This document shows positions 30,509 through 45,149 of a stretch of 64,000 nucleotides of DNA, piece after piece (position 1 is the first letter of the stretch; every line of letters begins with the position of its first letter). A program made the position numbers and the translations under genes. Where the stretch lies: NCBI GenBank assembly GCA_951406725.2, contig OX597828.1:44454001-44518000 (forward strand), given 5' to 3'. This DNA comes from Octopus vulgaris. Taxonomy: Eukaryota. The notes beneath the pieces were generated by a model, which ran no database searches, had not been told where the DNA came from, and worked only from the letters and a program-made list of their open reading frames with translations.

Positions 30509-30712
30509 ATATACATATATATATATATATATATATGAACGTATGTATACATATATATATATATATATATACATATATATACATATATATATGTACATAT
30601 ATATATATATGTATACATATATATATATATATGTATATGTACAAGATATATATATATATAGATAGATAGATAGATAGATAGATATAGATATACATATATC
30701 TATATATATATA

Positions 30713-30792
<80 letters not shown>

Positions 30793-30922
30793 ACATGAAG
30801 ATTTCTCTTGAATGAAACAGTTCTAGTCCTGTAGAAGCTCCTTCTATATAATAAATTAAATTTACTCTGCTATGTATTGAGTACCTTATTTACTGTGGTT
30901 AACCCCGAATCAACCCGGGACC

Positions 30923-30992
<70 letters not shown>

Positions 30993-31042
30993 TATATACA
31001 TATACACACATAGATACAGACACACACACTTATATATATATG

Positions 31043-31074
<32 letters not shown>

Positions 31075-31386
31075 TGTATGTATGTATGTATGTATGTATG
31101 TATGTATGTATGTATGTATGAATGTATGTATATACAAATGTTGTTACACTCTCAAAACCGAAAGTAACAAGAAAGAAAAACCGTTGAAAAACAATAAAGG
31201 AACCAAACTAACAACGAACACCAACACCATCCACGCCACCACCGACAGAAGCAACACTAACAACAAAAACAACAACATCAACACCAACCCCAAGACATTT
31301 CATTCAAACTGAATGGACAGTTGTCAGAAATTTCAAATTGGTTTTGACAGCTACGAATGATGGGAAACATAGCAAAAACAATGCAC

Positions 31387-31463
<77 letters not shown>

Positions 31464-31468
<5 letters not shown>

Positions 31469-31834
31469 CTATATATAAACGGCAGTTTGTCTGTGTGTGT
31501 TTCTGTGTGTCTGTTAGGTTGTACCCTCACCCTGACCACGGCTTTCAACCGATTCTGATGAAACTTGACACACACATAGCCCAATGTCATAATTCAAAAC
31601 TAACGCAGCGAAAATTTTGAAAAGTTCCCCCAGTTCTGAAAAAAATCGATAAATTCGACATGGGGTCGAGAATCAGAAACACAAACCACAGACTGTCTAG
31701 GGGACGCAACTCGACCTTTTTAACTAAAAAAAATTTACCATCATTTTTTTTCCCCATTTTTTGGCTATAACTCTCTAAAAATGCTTTATAGTTATTTCCC
31801 TTACAAATCCGAGCAACGCCGGGCGATACTGCTA

Positions 31835-31835
<1 letters not shown>
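31464..31835 (+). mobile_element. Non-autonomous Helitron
   Basis: A|TC start, subterminal hairpin-like ccgagcaacgccggg, CTAG|T end, no TSD. Confidence 0.8.
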
Positions 31836-31896
<61 letters not shown>

Positions 31897-32196
31897 ATAC
31901 AAATATAAATATATATGTGTGTGTGTGTGTGTGTCTGTGTGTGTGTGAGAGAGAGAGAGAGAGTTGTGGTAGAACACCTCTTTTCATGAACCTCGCTTGT
32001 TTGTTTCGTTATTTTAATGTAATTTCATTTCCGACAAATATTTCATCAACTTTACGTGGTTATAGTGTATCGCGCGTAGAATAGGGATGTCTAAATACTT
32101 TAATATATTGCACGCCTCCTTCGTATGTATGTATATGTATGTGTGTTTGTGTGTGCGTACAAAATACACATACTCAAGCACACACATTTACACACA

Positions 32197-32277
<81 letters not shown>

Positions 32278-32312
32278 TAATCCCTACATCTATTTCCTTA
32301 TATATAGATTTT

Positions 32313-32381
<69 letters not shown>

Positions 32382-32399
32382 CGAAAATCTATATATATA

Positions 32400-32629
32400 T
32401 TTCTTTACTACCCACAAGGGGCTAAACACAGAGGGGACAAACAAGGACACACAAACGAATTAAGTCGATAACATCGACCCCAGTGTGTAACTGGTACTTA
32501 ATTTATCGACCCCGAATGGATGAAAGGCAAAGTCGACCTCGGCGGAATTTGAACCCAGAACACGTAACAGCAGACGAAATACGGCTACGCATTTCGCCCG
32601 GCCTGCTAACGATTCTGCCAGCTCGCCGC
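32400..32629 (-). mobile_element. SINE family B with ~17-bp target-site duplication
   Basis: gcgaaaatctatatata at 32381 and 32628. Confidence 0.9.
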
Positions 32630-32694
32630 GAAAATCTATATATAAGCAAATAGATGTTGGGATTTGTGTGTGTATATATATATATATTTTTTAC

Positions 32695-33003
32695 GCGCCT
32701 TTTTCAGACCTAGCCAGGCTCATGGGCCTGGTTTCCGGGTTTCTGTGGTGTATGTGTTCCTCCCAGCTGGACGGGACACCAGTCCATCTCAAGAAATAAC
32801 AGAATGTTACTCAAGAAACAGGAAGAAAGAGTGAGAGAAAGTTGGGGCGAAAGAATACAACAGGGGTCGCCACCACACCCTGCCGGAGCCTCGTGGAGCT
32901 TTAGGTGTTTTCGTTCAATAAACACTCACAACGCCCGGTCTGGGAATCGAAACCGCGATACTCCGACCGTGAGCCCGCTGCCCTAACCGCCATTGCACCT
33001 CCA
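32695..33003 (-). mobile_element. SINE family C
   Basis: Tail cctagccaggctcatggg matches about 18760-18790; tRNA head with B box gtttcgattcc on the minus strand. Confidence 0.75.
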
Positions 33004-33142
33004 CATATATGAGTCTCAAGCTCGGGATGGACGCTTTGATTTTGTTCTGGTGTCTCGCTCTGTCGTACGCGACTATAAGGATTTGCATCCCCAACGTAAA
33101 ACTTATAATGTAATACTTATGTCCTTGAAGTAGTAATTGTAC

Positions 33143-33229
33143 GCGGCTGAAGAAGGCTATGGACACTCATTTACATCAATTATGCATTGTTATAAACCGT
33201 CTAATAAAGGCCCGAAACATATGTACCGC
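33143..33229 (+). ncRNA. Type I hammerhead ribozyme motif with long loop II
   Basis: GCGG-CTGAAGA-aGGCT..GGCCc-GAAA-CATATG-TA-CCGC; palindromic ACATATGT stem III, GUA site. Confidence 0.72.
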
Positions 33230-33258
33230 TAAATCCTTTGCATCATGTTTTTATTTTA

Positions 33259-33586
<328 letters not shown>

Positions 33587-33682
33587 CAGCCTACCTATCT
33601 GCTTGTCCATTCATCCACCCATGCATCCACCTGTCTACCTACCTACCTATCTATACATATATGCACATGTGTTTACCCTTGT

Positions 33683-33731
<49 letters not shown>

Positions 33732-33771
33732 TATACATTTATACATATACGTTTGTATATATGCATATACC

Positions 33772-33831
<60 letters not shown>

Positions 33832-34435
33832 CGTTTAGGTGCATGTATGTGTTTATGTATATAAATGTATAGACATGGTCATATATGCATGTATGTGCGA
33901 GTGTGCGCGCGCACGTGCGTGCATGTATGCGTGCACACATATATACGCGAGCGTGCAACGTTCGTCTTTTCACTCGACATTTTAACATTGTGTCGCATCT
34001 GGGTTTTATTTTTGGTTTTTATTTTTTTCATTGAGATCGATCGCTCTTCTCTTCCAATCATTCGTACAAGAGTCTCCCCTTCAGTTTCCCACCTACGTAT
34101 TCTCTACAATTGTTCGAGCTAGGCAACATCCACGTGAATCCTACCAATGGCATATAGAAAACCTATTGCAATGACGTTTTTTTTTTTCCATTGGTGAATT
34201 GAATAGAAAAAAATGTCATCATAGGAAAAATTATCGTACCTATTTTGTCAGCCTTTACCAAAAATTATCTATTTGCCTACCTGTCTATATATGTATGTAT
34301 GTATGAATGTATGTATGTATGTATGTCATTATTCAATTTATTTCAAGATTTCTTGCCAATAGGGAAAGAATCTGTTTCTAACCTAGATCCAAGGTTCCTT
34401 CATTGGAATTTCAACATCAACAGCAGGGTATTTTT

Positions 34436-37354
34436 GTATGCATGTATGTATGTATGTATGTATGTATGTATGTATGTATGTATGTATGTATGTATGTATG
34501 TATGTATGTATGTTTGTATGTATGTATGTATGTATGTATGTATGTATGTATGTTTGTATGTATGTATGTATGTATGTATGTATGTATGTATGCATGTTTG
34601 TATGTATGTATGTATGTATGTATGTATGTATGTATGTATGTATGCATGTTTGTATGTATGTATGTATGTATGTATGTATGTATGTATGTATGTATGTATG
34701 TATGTATGTATGTATGTATGTATGTATGTATGTATGTATGTATGTATGTATGTATGTATGTATGTATGTATGTATGTATGTATGTATGTATGTATGTATG
34801 TATGTATGTATGTATGTATGTATGTATGTATGCATGTTTGTATGTATGTATGTATGTATGTATGTATGTATGTATGTATGTATGTATGTATGTATGTATG
34901 TATGTATGTATGTATGTATGTATGTATTATGTATGTATGTATGTATGTATGTATGTATGTATGTATGTATGTATGTATGTATGTATGTATGTATGTATGT
35001 ATGTATGTATGTATGTATGTATGTATGTATGTATGTATGTATGTATGTATGTATGTATGTATGTATGTATGTATGTATGTATGTATGTATGTATGTATGT
35101 ATGTATGTATGTATGTATGTATGTATGTATGTATGTATGTATGTATGTATGTATGTATGTATGTATGTATGTATGTATGTATGTATGTATGTATGCATGT
35201 TTGTATGTATGTATGTATGTATGTATGTATGTATGCATGTATGTATGTATATATGTATGTATGTATGTATGCATGTTTGTATGTATGTATGTATGTATGC
35301 ATGTTTGTATGTATGTATGTATGTATGTATGTATGTATGTATGCATGCATGTATGTATGTATGTATGTATGTATGTATGTATGCATGTTTGTATGTATGT
35401 ATGTATGTATGTATGTATGTATGCATGTATGTATGTATGTATGTATGTATGTATGCATGCATGTATGTATGTATGTATGTATGTATGTATGTATGTATGC
35501 ATGTTTGTATGTATGTATGTATGTATGTATGTATGTATGTATGTATGTATGTATGCATGCATGTATGTATGTATGTATGTATGTATGTATGTATGTATGC
35601 ATGTTTGTATGTATGTATGTATGTATGCATGTATGTATGTATGTATGTATGTATGTATGTATGTATGTATGTATGCATGCATGTATGTATGTATGTATGT
35701 ATGTATGTATGTATGTATGCATGCATGTATGTATGTATGTATGTATGTATGTATGCATGCATGTATGTATGTATATATGTATGTATGTATGTATGCATGT
35801 TTGTATGTATGTATGTATGTATGTATGTATGTATGTATGTATGTATGTATGTATGTATGTATGTATGTATGTATGCATGCATGTATGTATGTATGTATGT
35901 ATGTATGTATGTATGTATGTATGTATATATGTATGTATGTATGTATGCATGTATGTATGTATGTATGTATGCATGTTTGTATGTATGTATGTATGTATGT
36001 ATGTATGTATGTATGTATGTATGCATGCATGTATGTATGTATGTATGTATGTATGTATGTATGTATGCATGCATGTATGTATGTATGTATGTATGTATGT
36101 ATGCATGCATGTATGTATGTATATATGTATGTATGTATGTATGCATGTTTGTATGTATGTATGTATGTATGTATGCATGTTTGTATGTATGTATGTATGT
36201 ATGTATGTATGTATGCATGCATGTATGTATGTATGTATGTATGTATGTATGTATGCATGCATGCATGTATGTATGTATGTATGTATGTATGTATGCATGC
36301 ATGTATGTATGTATGTATGTATGTATGTATGTATGTATGTATGTATGTATGCATGCATGTATGTATGTATGTATGTATGTATGTTTGTATGTATGTATAT
36401 ATGTATGTATGTATGTATGTATGCATCTTTGTATGTATGTATGTATGTATGTATGTATGTATGTATGTATGCATGCATGTATGTATGTATGTATGTATGT
36501 ATGTATGTATGTATGTATGCATGTGTGATGTATGTATGTATGTATGTATGTATGTATGTATGCATGTGTGATGTATGTATGTATGTATGTATGTATGTAT
36601 GTATGTATGTATGTATGTATGTATGTTTGTATGTATGTATGTATGTATGTATGTATGTATGTATGTATGCATGTTTGTATGTATGTATGTATGTATGTAT
36701 GTATGTATGCATGTTTGTATGTATGTATGTATGTATGTATGTATGTATGCATGCATGTATGTATGTATGTATGTATGTATGTATGTATGTATGTATGTAT
36801 GTATGCATGCATGTATGTATGTATGTATGTATGTATGTATGCATGCATGTATGTATGTATGTATGTATGTATGTATGTATGCATGCATGTATGTATGTAT
36901 GTATGTATGTATGTATGTATGTATGTATGTATGTATGTATGTATGTATGTATGTATGTATGTATGCATGTTTGTATGTATGTATGTATGTATGTATGTAT
37001 GTATGTATGTATGCATGCATGTATGTATGTATGTATGTATGTATGTATGTATGTATGTATGTATGTATGTATGCATGCATGCATGTATGTATGTATGTAT
37101 GTATGTATGTATGCATGCATGTATGTATGTATGTATGTATGTATGTATGTATGCATGCATGCATGTATGTATGTATGTATGTATGTATGTATGTATGTAT
37201 GCATGCATGTATGTATGTATGTATGTATGTATGTATGTATGTATGTATGTATGCATGCATGCATGTATGTATGTATGTATGTATGTATGTATGTATGCAT
37301 GCATGTATGTATGTATGTATGTATGTATGTATGTATGTATGTATGTATGTATGT
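34436..37354 (+). repeat. ~2.9-kb (TATG)n array with CATG and TTTG variant units
   Basis: Read directly from sequence. Confidence 0.97.
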
Positions 37355-37789
37355 GCAAATTTGTATGATTTGTGTGTGCATTCTCAAGCATATAGTTGCA
37401 TATCTACACATGCTCATATATATTTAAATGATAAATTTCTAGTATGTATGTATGTATGTCATTATTCAGTTTTATTTCAAGATTTCTTACCAATGGAGAA
37501 AGAGCCGGTTTCTAACCTAGATCCAAGGCTCCTTCATTGGAATTTGTACATCAACAGGGTATTTTGTATGCATGTATATATGTATACGTGTAGATTGCTA
37601 TGTTTTGTTTTATGTATGTATTCTCATGCATATAGTTGGATATCTAGCCATGCATATGTATGTATATCTCTATCTATCAGTTTTTTTTCCTCTTCCCCTT
37701 TCTTTCCCCTTTTTTCTTCTTTTTTTCATTTCTCTTTTCTTTTGTTCCTTTTCCTTTTCTTCTTTTTTTTCTTTTTTTTCTTTTTTGTT

Positions 37790-37971
37790 CTTTTTTTCCC
37801 TTTTACGATCCCTTTTGATCGAAAACCTACGCCACCTTTTTTTTGTTTCTTTTGTTTTTTGTTTTTTGTTTCTTTTGTTCTTTGTTTTTTGTTTTTTCAT
37901 CCCCCAAAAGAAAAGCTCTACCTTGTAACTTGTCCCATCTGTGTGCAGCCCTGTGTGGCCAATAAAGAAAC
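37790..37971 (+). mobile_element. Retroelement 3'UTR fragment (same family as 23997-24147)
   Basis: cgatcccttttgatcgaaaacctacgccacc..aagctctaccttgtaacttgtcccatctgtgtgcagccctgtgtggccAATAAAgaaa. Confidence 0.65.
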
Positions 37972-38590
37972 TTTTCTACCTATCTGTCTATCTGTCTGTC
38001 TATCTATCTATATATCTATCTATCTGTCTAGCTAACTATCTATCGGTCTGTCTGTCTGTCAATCACCCATCAATTTATATGCTTAGATACGTCTAAACAC
38101 ACTCACATATATATACATACATGCGTATATGTGTGCGTGTATGTGTTTGTGTGAGAGTGTCTATGTATGAATATGCATGAATGCATGTACGTGTATACAC
38201 ACACACATACACGATCAAATAGACATCTAACAGACTGGTACTGATCTGTACAGGCAAGATTTGTAGTATAAGTATTAAGCTATGTGTATATATGTATATG
38301 TATGTATATAGATCTAAGTGTATATAATATATATAAATATATATATTCATCCATATACGCATGTACATATGCATGTATGTGGCAGTCAGCCGTTCAGTCT
38401 ATCTACCTGTCGATCGACCGTGTCTAATCTAGTTGACATTTACCTGGGTCAGTCAATCTAAAAAGCCAACCCATTAAACACACGTTAAACACATATGCTT
38501 GTCTCTCCAATCAACATCAACCAATCACATCGTCTCGATCTCGTCACATTAACTCGCGATCTTTGTCCGCCTACCTATCTACCAATCTAA

Positions 38591-38665
<75 letters not shown>

Positions 38666-38841
38666 GCTATCTATCTTTCTATTTATCTATCTATTTATCT
38701 ATCTATCTGTCTGTCTGTCTATCTATCTATCTGTCTGTCTGTCTATCTCTCTGTCTGCCTGTATCTCTGTCCGTCTCTGTCAGTCTATCTATCTAGCTTT
38801 CTATTTACCTATCTGTCTATTTATCTATCTATCCATTTATC

Positions 38842-38885
<44 letters not shown>

Positions 38886-39868
38886 TACCATATATGTATC
38901 TATGTATGTATTTCTCTGTATAGCTGTCTCTCCTCTCATGTTTCTGTCTTTATATCCAATCATTTGTCTATCTAGTCATCAATCTATGTTTCTATCTAGA
39001 TCGCTATCAAACAAGTTATGAAAACTCCAATCAATATAGTAGTAACGTTAATTAATTACATTACCAAATACTAAATAACCAACCGTAAGTAAAGATAGAC
39101 AGACATCCACGCTACTTCATCGCCCACCTTCGTCAGCCATTCGCTAAATAAACAACTTTCACAGACGGATATGGAGTAAAGTTAAAATATTTACAGTAAG
39201 ATTTTTAATTCACTTTCTATATTCGGAGACATTTAAGAGTTTAGAGTTTGTTATAGTTTTACTCTGTGGAACTCCACGAAATGTTTCATTTTCTTTTTAT
39301 TATATTTCTCCCATTCAGTTAACTGCACGATCAATCGTCTGCCACCGTCATACGACTGCGGATCCCCATTGCGCAGCCATTATTCACTCGAGCTGAAAAC
39401 GATGACTTCAAACGAAAACCTCTCCAATTAGCTGAGTAAATAAATGGACATAAATTGGTGTGAAAAAGATCCCCCAAGCATTTCCCAAAGCGTGCTTTGA
39501 AGCTTAAATATCATATTTCAGATAAACTTCTGTCGCTTTGCATTAACTGACCGATTTGATGAGATAAATACCATCGAAAATGTTCAATAGTTAGTTAGGT
39601 TTCAATCAAATTTTCTTCGTTCCATCGCTTTCTCTGTCCCTCTCTGTCTTTTCATTCTCTCACTCTCCCTCTCTCTTATTCTCTTATATCTTTTGCACTC
39701 TATTTCTCTCTCTAATTGCTATTCTTTCTCTTGATTTATCTTTTTTTCTTTTTATTTATTTTTTCTGTCTAATGAAGCTGACGAGGTTCCTTTCGTGTTA
39801 AATCGTGCCACAGGTTCAAATCTGTGAATTCGATCGATTTTATTATATATTTCATGTATATGCTAATA

Positions 39869-39911
<43 letters not shown>

Positions 39912-40141
39912 ATATATAAACTCATACACATATGCATACATACATACATCTACACACATACATCTACGCATATATCCATGTATGCATGATTTCACGCACA
40001 AATACTCATAACAGAAACACTTTTACGTAAAGGATACATACACAAGTTTTAGCTATATATGTGTAGGCATGTGATTATATATACATATATTTGTGTGTGT
40101 ATACATACGTGTATATCTCTGTATGTGTATGAGTGTGTATC

Positions 40142-40172
<31 letters not shown>

Positions 40173-40261
40173 TATGTACACACACATCCATATATAAATA
40201 TATATATATATACGTATATATATATATGTGTGTGTGTGTATGTATAAGTATATATATGTGC

Positions 40262-40315
<54 letters not shown>

Positions 40316-40587
40316 TTAAATGTGTGTCTGTCTGTGTGAGGATGCGCGTGTGTGAGATAAATAGCAAAATTGATCGAGTCACATACTTGATCCTATGACA
40401 CGATTTCTCACGAAAGAAGACACGTGACCATCATTAGAAAATACAGAAAGAAAGAATAACCATTACATAAATGCGTTTGCGCGTACAATACACATATATA
40501 TACATATATATATATATACACACACACACATATATATATATATACATATATATGTGTGTGTATATATATATATGTATATATATATAT

Positions 40588-40631
<44 letters not shown>

Positions 40632-40660
40632 ATATATATATGTATATATATATGTATATA

Positions 40661-40699
<39 letters not shown>

Positions 40700-40768
40700 G
40701 TACACGCACGCACACACACATGTACATAGTGATATGTGCTTGTAGGCGTTTGTGTGAATATATGTATG

Positions 40769-40866
<98 letters not shown>

Positions 40867-41244
40867 ATGTATGTATGTATGTATGCATGTATGTATGTAT
40901 GTATGTATGTATGTATGTATGTATGTATGTATAGCTATGGCAGCCCGATAAGGTTCGAAAATCGATTAAGGCTGTTCATAATTTTTTTAGCCGTGTATGC
41001 GATGTGCATATATAGATATGCATATATGTATATCTACAGCGTAGGCCTTGGGTATTTTATAAGCTATATCTTGATATTGTGTAGACACAGATCTCCATTG
41101 ACAGTCCGCTGATATTGAAATAAATGTTAAACATTTATGGTATACACACTAGTAGATCCAGTTTTCTATTGCTGCTAGATTTAATGTGTATATAAATAGA
41201 TTGTTGCTTATTTATCTGGGATTGGTTAAGTGACGTAGATACGT

Positions 41245-41280
41245 CTGATGAGACCTTAATAAGGTCCGAAAATCAATTAA
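41245..41280 (+). ncRNA. Hammerhead core (CTGATGA, perfect stem II, GAAA); stem I uncertain
   Basis: CTGATGA-GACCTTaatAAGGTCc-GAAA-ATCAAT-TA; related partial copy at 40941-40974. Confidence 0.5.
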
Positions 41281-41370
41281 AGCTATACGTCATATCTTTT
41301 TCGTCTACGGACAATTGGTTATACGTAGGTTCAAATGCATATACACAGATATGTATACATGCATACACTC

Positions 41371-41503
<133 letters not shown>

Positions 41504-41685
41504 TAAATAAATGGCACAACGAAGCACCGATATTTACTGGAAAATAGCGAATGTAATAAATACGACGCTAATGTATAGCTTCACTGCGTATGTACTAGTA
41601 AAGACGCGTGTGTGCAACAAACATGAAAAAAATTGTCTTACCTCTAGGAAGAACATCTGAAAAATGAAAAACCTAGAAACGGATA

Positions 41686-41757
41686 ATGCAGGACCGGTTT
41701 CAGACTCTCCAAAATACGTCTGCCAACGTATATTTGATTTGTCATCATCAGCTGCAT
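41686..41757 (-). ncRNA. Type I hammerhead ribozyme motif (best example)
   Basis: Minus strand: ATGCAG-CTGATGA-tGAC..ATACGT..ACGTAT..GTCt-GAAA-CCGG-TC-CTGCAT; 6-bp stem I, palindromic ACCGGT stem III, canonical GUC site. Confidence 0.82.
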
Positions 41758-42299
41758 AAACCTCAACAACATTTCAAATGTTGCCACATCCATGCCAGTA
41801 CACTCGTCTGAACGCCAAGGCGTTAACAGAACGAGAACAGTGAAGAAGTTTCAATGAAAAAAGTAATGCAATACGAGAGTATTGCTTTCCAGTAAAGGAT
41901 AGCCCGTAAGGGTAAAATATATATATAATGTGAGTTTAGAGAGATATATCATCCAGGCGGATACTGTGGTGGCTCTCAGTTATGCTCCAGGTTACGGCTA
42001 ACCGCATCGATCAGTATTTAACGTCTATGACTACAGTTACTTTGTCAGTCACTCTGTAATCAAAGAGAGAATATTCTCCAAAATGTAAACTACAAGTCAA
42101 TGATGTGTATATTAATTCGCATGAATAAATAATATTAGTTCCAAATTATGGCACAAAAGAGAAGGGGTAAGTCGATTACATCGGCCCCAGTGCTCAAGAA
42201 TGGAATGTAACAATATGCTACAAAGGCTGTGTCAGTGGTTAGGTATGCCTGTTGCTATAGCAGCATACTAATCCCTGAGTGGTTTAGAATTAGCTCAGT

Positions 42300-42540
42300 A
42301 GCTCAGTTCATATACAGGTCAAGGAAAACTATCAGCATGAATTCACTTTACTGCCATACTAGGCAATGTTGGACCAAGGGTCATGGGCAGAAAAATACAT
42401 CATTCAAAAAGCGCCTACAGAAATACCAAACTCAGGACTTTATGGTTACTATCAAAGTGACAGAGCATAGAATAAGCAATTTGAAGCTCAAAGAGGCCAT
42501 TTTTAATAATAAACTGAAATTGGTAATTAACAACGGATGA
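42300..42540 (+). mobile_element. Decayed Penelope-like GIY-YIG endonuclease C-terminus
   Basis: YTGQ..*IH in one frame, then KKRL..F.VTI..E....LKLKEAIFNNKLKLVINN*, resembling the PLE C-terminal LKEAxxIxxLKPxIN motif. Confidence 0.45.
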
Positions 42541-42690
42541 GCGTTACTTCCTCCTGCATATCTGAGCAAATGGCACCAACTCCTCCATTTTCTTCTGATA
42601 AAAAAAGGTATTATTCAAAAACATAAGAATATAAGCTGAAGTATAAAGTAACATAGCATTGAACAATTTTAACTTTATATATATAAATAT

Positions 42691-43301
<611 letters not shown>

Positions 43302-43333
43302 TTTATTTCAAGCAGCAGAAAAATCAACAAAAC

Positions 43334-43365
43334 CTGTTACTCTGAGTTTCCCGTTCATCGGACAG
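43334..43365 (-). ncRNA. Hammerhead-like motif lacking stem II, with a U4C core variant
   Basis: Minus strand: CTGT-CCGATGA-acgg-GAAA-CTCaGAG-TA-ACAG. Confidence 0.5.
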
Positions 43366-43442
43366 TTTTTGCTAGAATGGAACCGATATGTCAATTCTAT
43401 CCAGACTATTACAAACGCTACACCTTTAAAAATGGACTTGCT

Positions 43443-43498
<56 letters not shown>

Positions 43499-43556
43499 TA
43501 AAACTTAGATATGTTTCGACCAGAGATTGGTCCAGCCATGTCTAACTGTAATAGTA

Positions 43557-43612
<56 letters not shown>

Positions 43613-43614
43613 AT

Positions 43615-43710
<96 letters not shown>

Positions 43711-43716
43711 TATATA

Positions 43717-43762
<46 letters not shown>

Positions 43763-44046
43763 GCATGCATGTATGTATGTATATATGTATGTATGTAACG
43801 TCGATCTAGGTGGAATTTGAACTCAGAGCGCAAAGACGGGTAAAATGCTGCCAAGTATTTCGCCCAATATGCAAACGATTCTACTAGCTCCCCATCTTAC
43901 AACGATAAAGAATATTTTCATTTGAAACCTGTCTGTAGTCAACAAGGGTGTTGCATTTTTTCTTGCTTGGTGCCAGTTTAAAAGTTTTAAACATTTAGAG
44001 TATGGCACTTGCGTCGCACAAGCATTTGTCACTATAAAATACAATT

Positions 44047-44748
44047 AGGCGGCGAGCTGGAGGAAACGTTAGCACGCCGGGCGAAATGCGTAGCCGTATT
44101 TCGTCTGGCATTACGTTCTGAGTTCAAATTCCGCCGAGGTCGACTTTACCTTTCATCCTTTCGGGGTCGATAAATTAAGTACCAGTTATGCACTGGGGTC
44201 GATCTAACGGACTTAATCCATTTGTCTGTCCTTGTTTGTCCCCTCTATGTTTAGCCCCTTGTGGGTAGTAAACAAATAACTATAAAATACAATGTGTTTA
44301 TTTATTCTGTGAAGGCAGCGAATTGGTAAAAGCGTTAATTAACGAGTCGGAGAAAATGCTTAGCGGCATGTCTTTCATCTCTTCACGTTCTGAGTTCAAA
44401 TTCCGCCGGGGTCAGCTTTGACTTTCATCTTTTCAGGGTTGATAAAATAAGTACCAGTTGAACATTGGGATCAATGTAATTGACAAGCACCATCCCGCTA
44501 AATTTCAGGCCATGTATCTTACAGTAGAAGGGATCAGGCGGCGAGCTAACAGAATCATTAGCACGCCGGAAAAAATGCTTAGTGGCCTTTCATCCGTATT
44601 TACTTTCTGAGTTCAAATTCCTCGGAGATTGACTTTGCCTTTCATCCTTTCAGGATTGATAAATTAAGTACCAGTGAAACACTGGAGTCGATGAAATCGA
44701 TTTCTCGCCTCCCCCCAAATTTCAGGCCTTGTGCCTATAGTGGAAAGG

Positions 44749-44750
<2 letters not shown>
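44047..44750 (+). mobile_element. Three consecutive same-strand SINE family B copies followed by (ATT)n
   Basis: Heads at about 44047, 44313 and 44536; the first has a 15-bp TSD actataaaatacaat (44031 and 44279). Confidence 0.88.
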
Positions 44751-44812
<62 letters not shown>

Positions 44813-44855
44813 TATCATTATTATTATTATATTATCATTATTATTATCATTATTA

Positions 44856-44886
<31 letters not shown>

Positions 44887-45015
44887 CATTGAGTGAGTGA
44901 GAGGGCAGTACATGCCATCAAAATGACGATGAGAAGATATATATATGGCTGCTAGGTTTAATGTGTATATAAATAGATTGGTTGGTTATTTAACTGGGAT
45001 TGGTTAAGTGATGTA

Positions 45016-45149
45016 GACGTTTTGGAATGTCACCCTTCATCAAGAAACAGAATTGCTAAGTGCTATTTCTCAGCCGCAGACGAGCGACAGAAGAGAATTC
45101 AGCAACTATATTCCTTCGATGAAGGATAAAATTCCGAAACGTCAAGAAA
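45016..45149. ncRNA. Pair of degenerate hammerhead cores in inverted orientation
   Basis: Plus strand TTCCTT-C[T]GATGA-aGGAtaaaatTCC-GAAA-CG-TC-AAGAAA (45111-45149); diverged inverted copy at 45016-45047. Confidence 0.55.

Noticed and set aside
34245-38035. Very long ORFs (up to 1060 aa) of YVCM/HTYI repeats
   Set aside because: Translations of the (TATG)n array, which has no stop codons
39280-39440. Polypyrimidine tract plus CAG suggesting an exon
   Set aside because: All three frames hit stops and there is no strong donor or recognisable peptide
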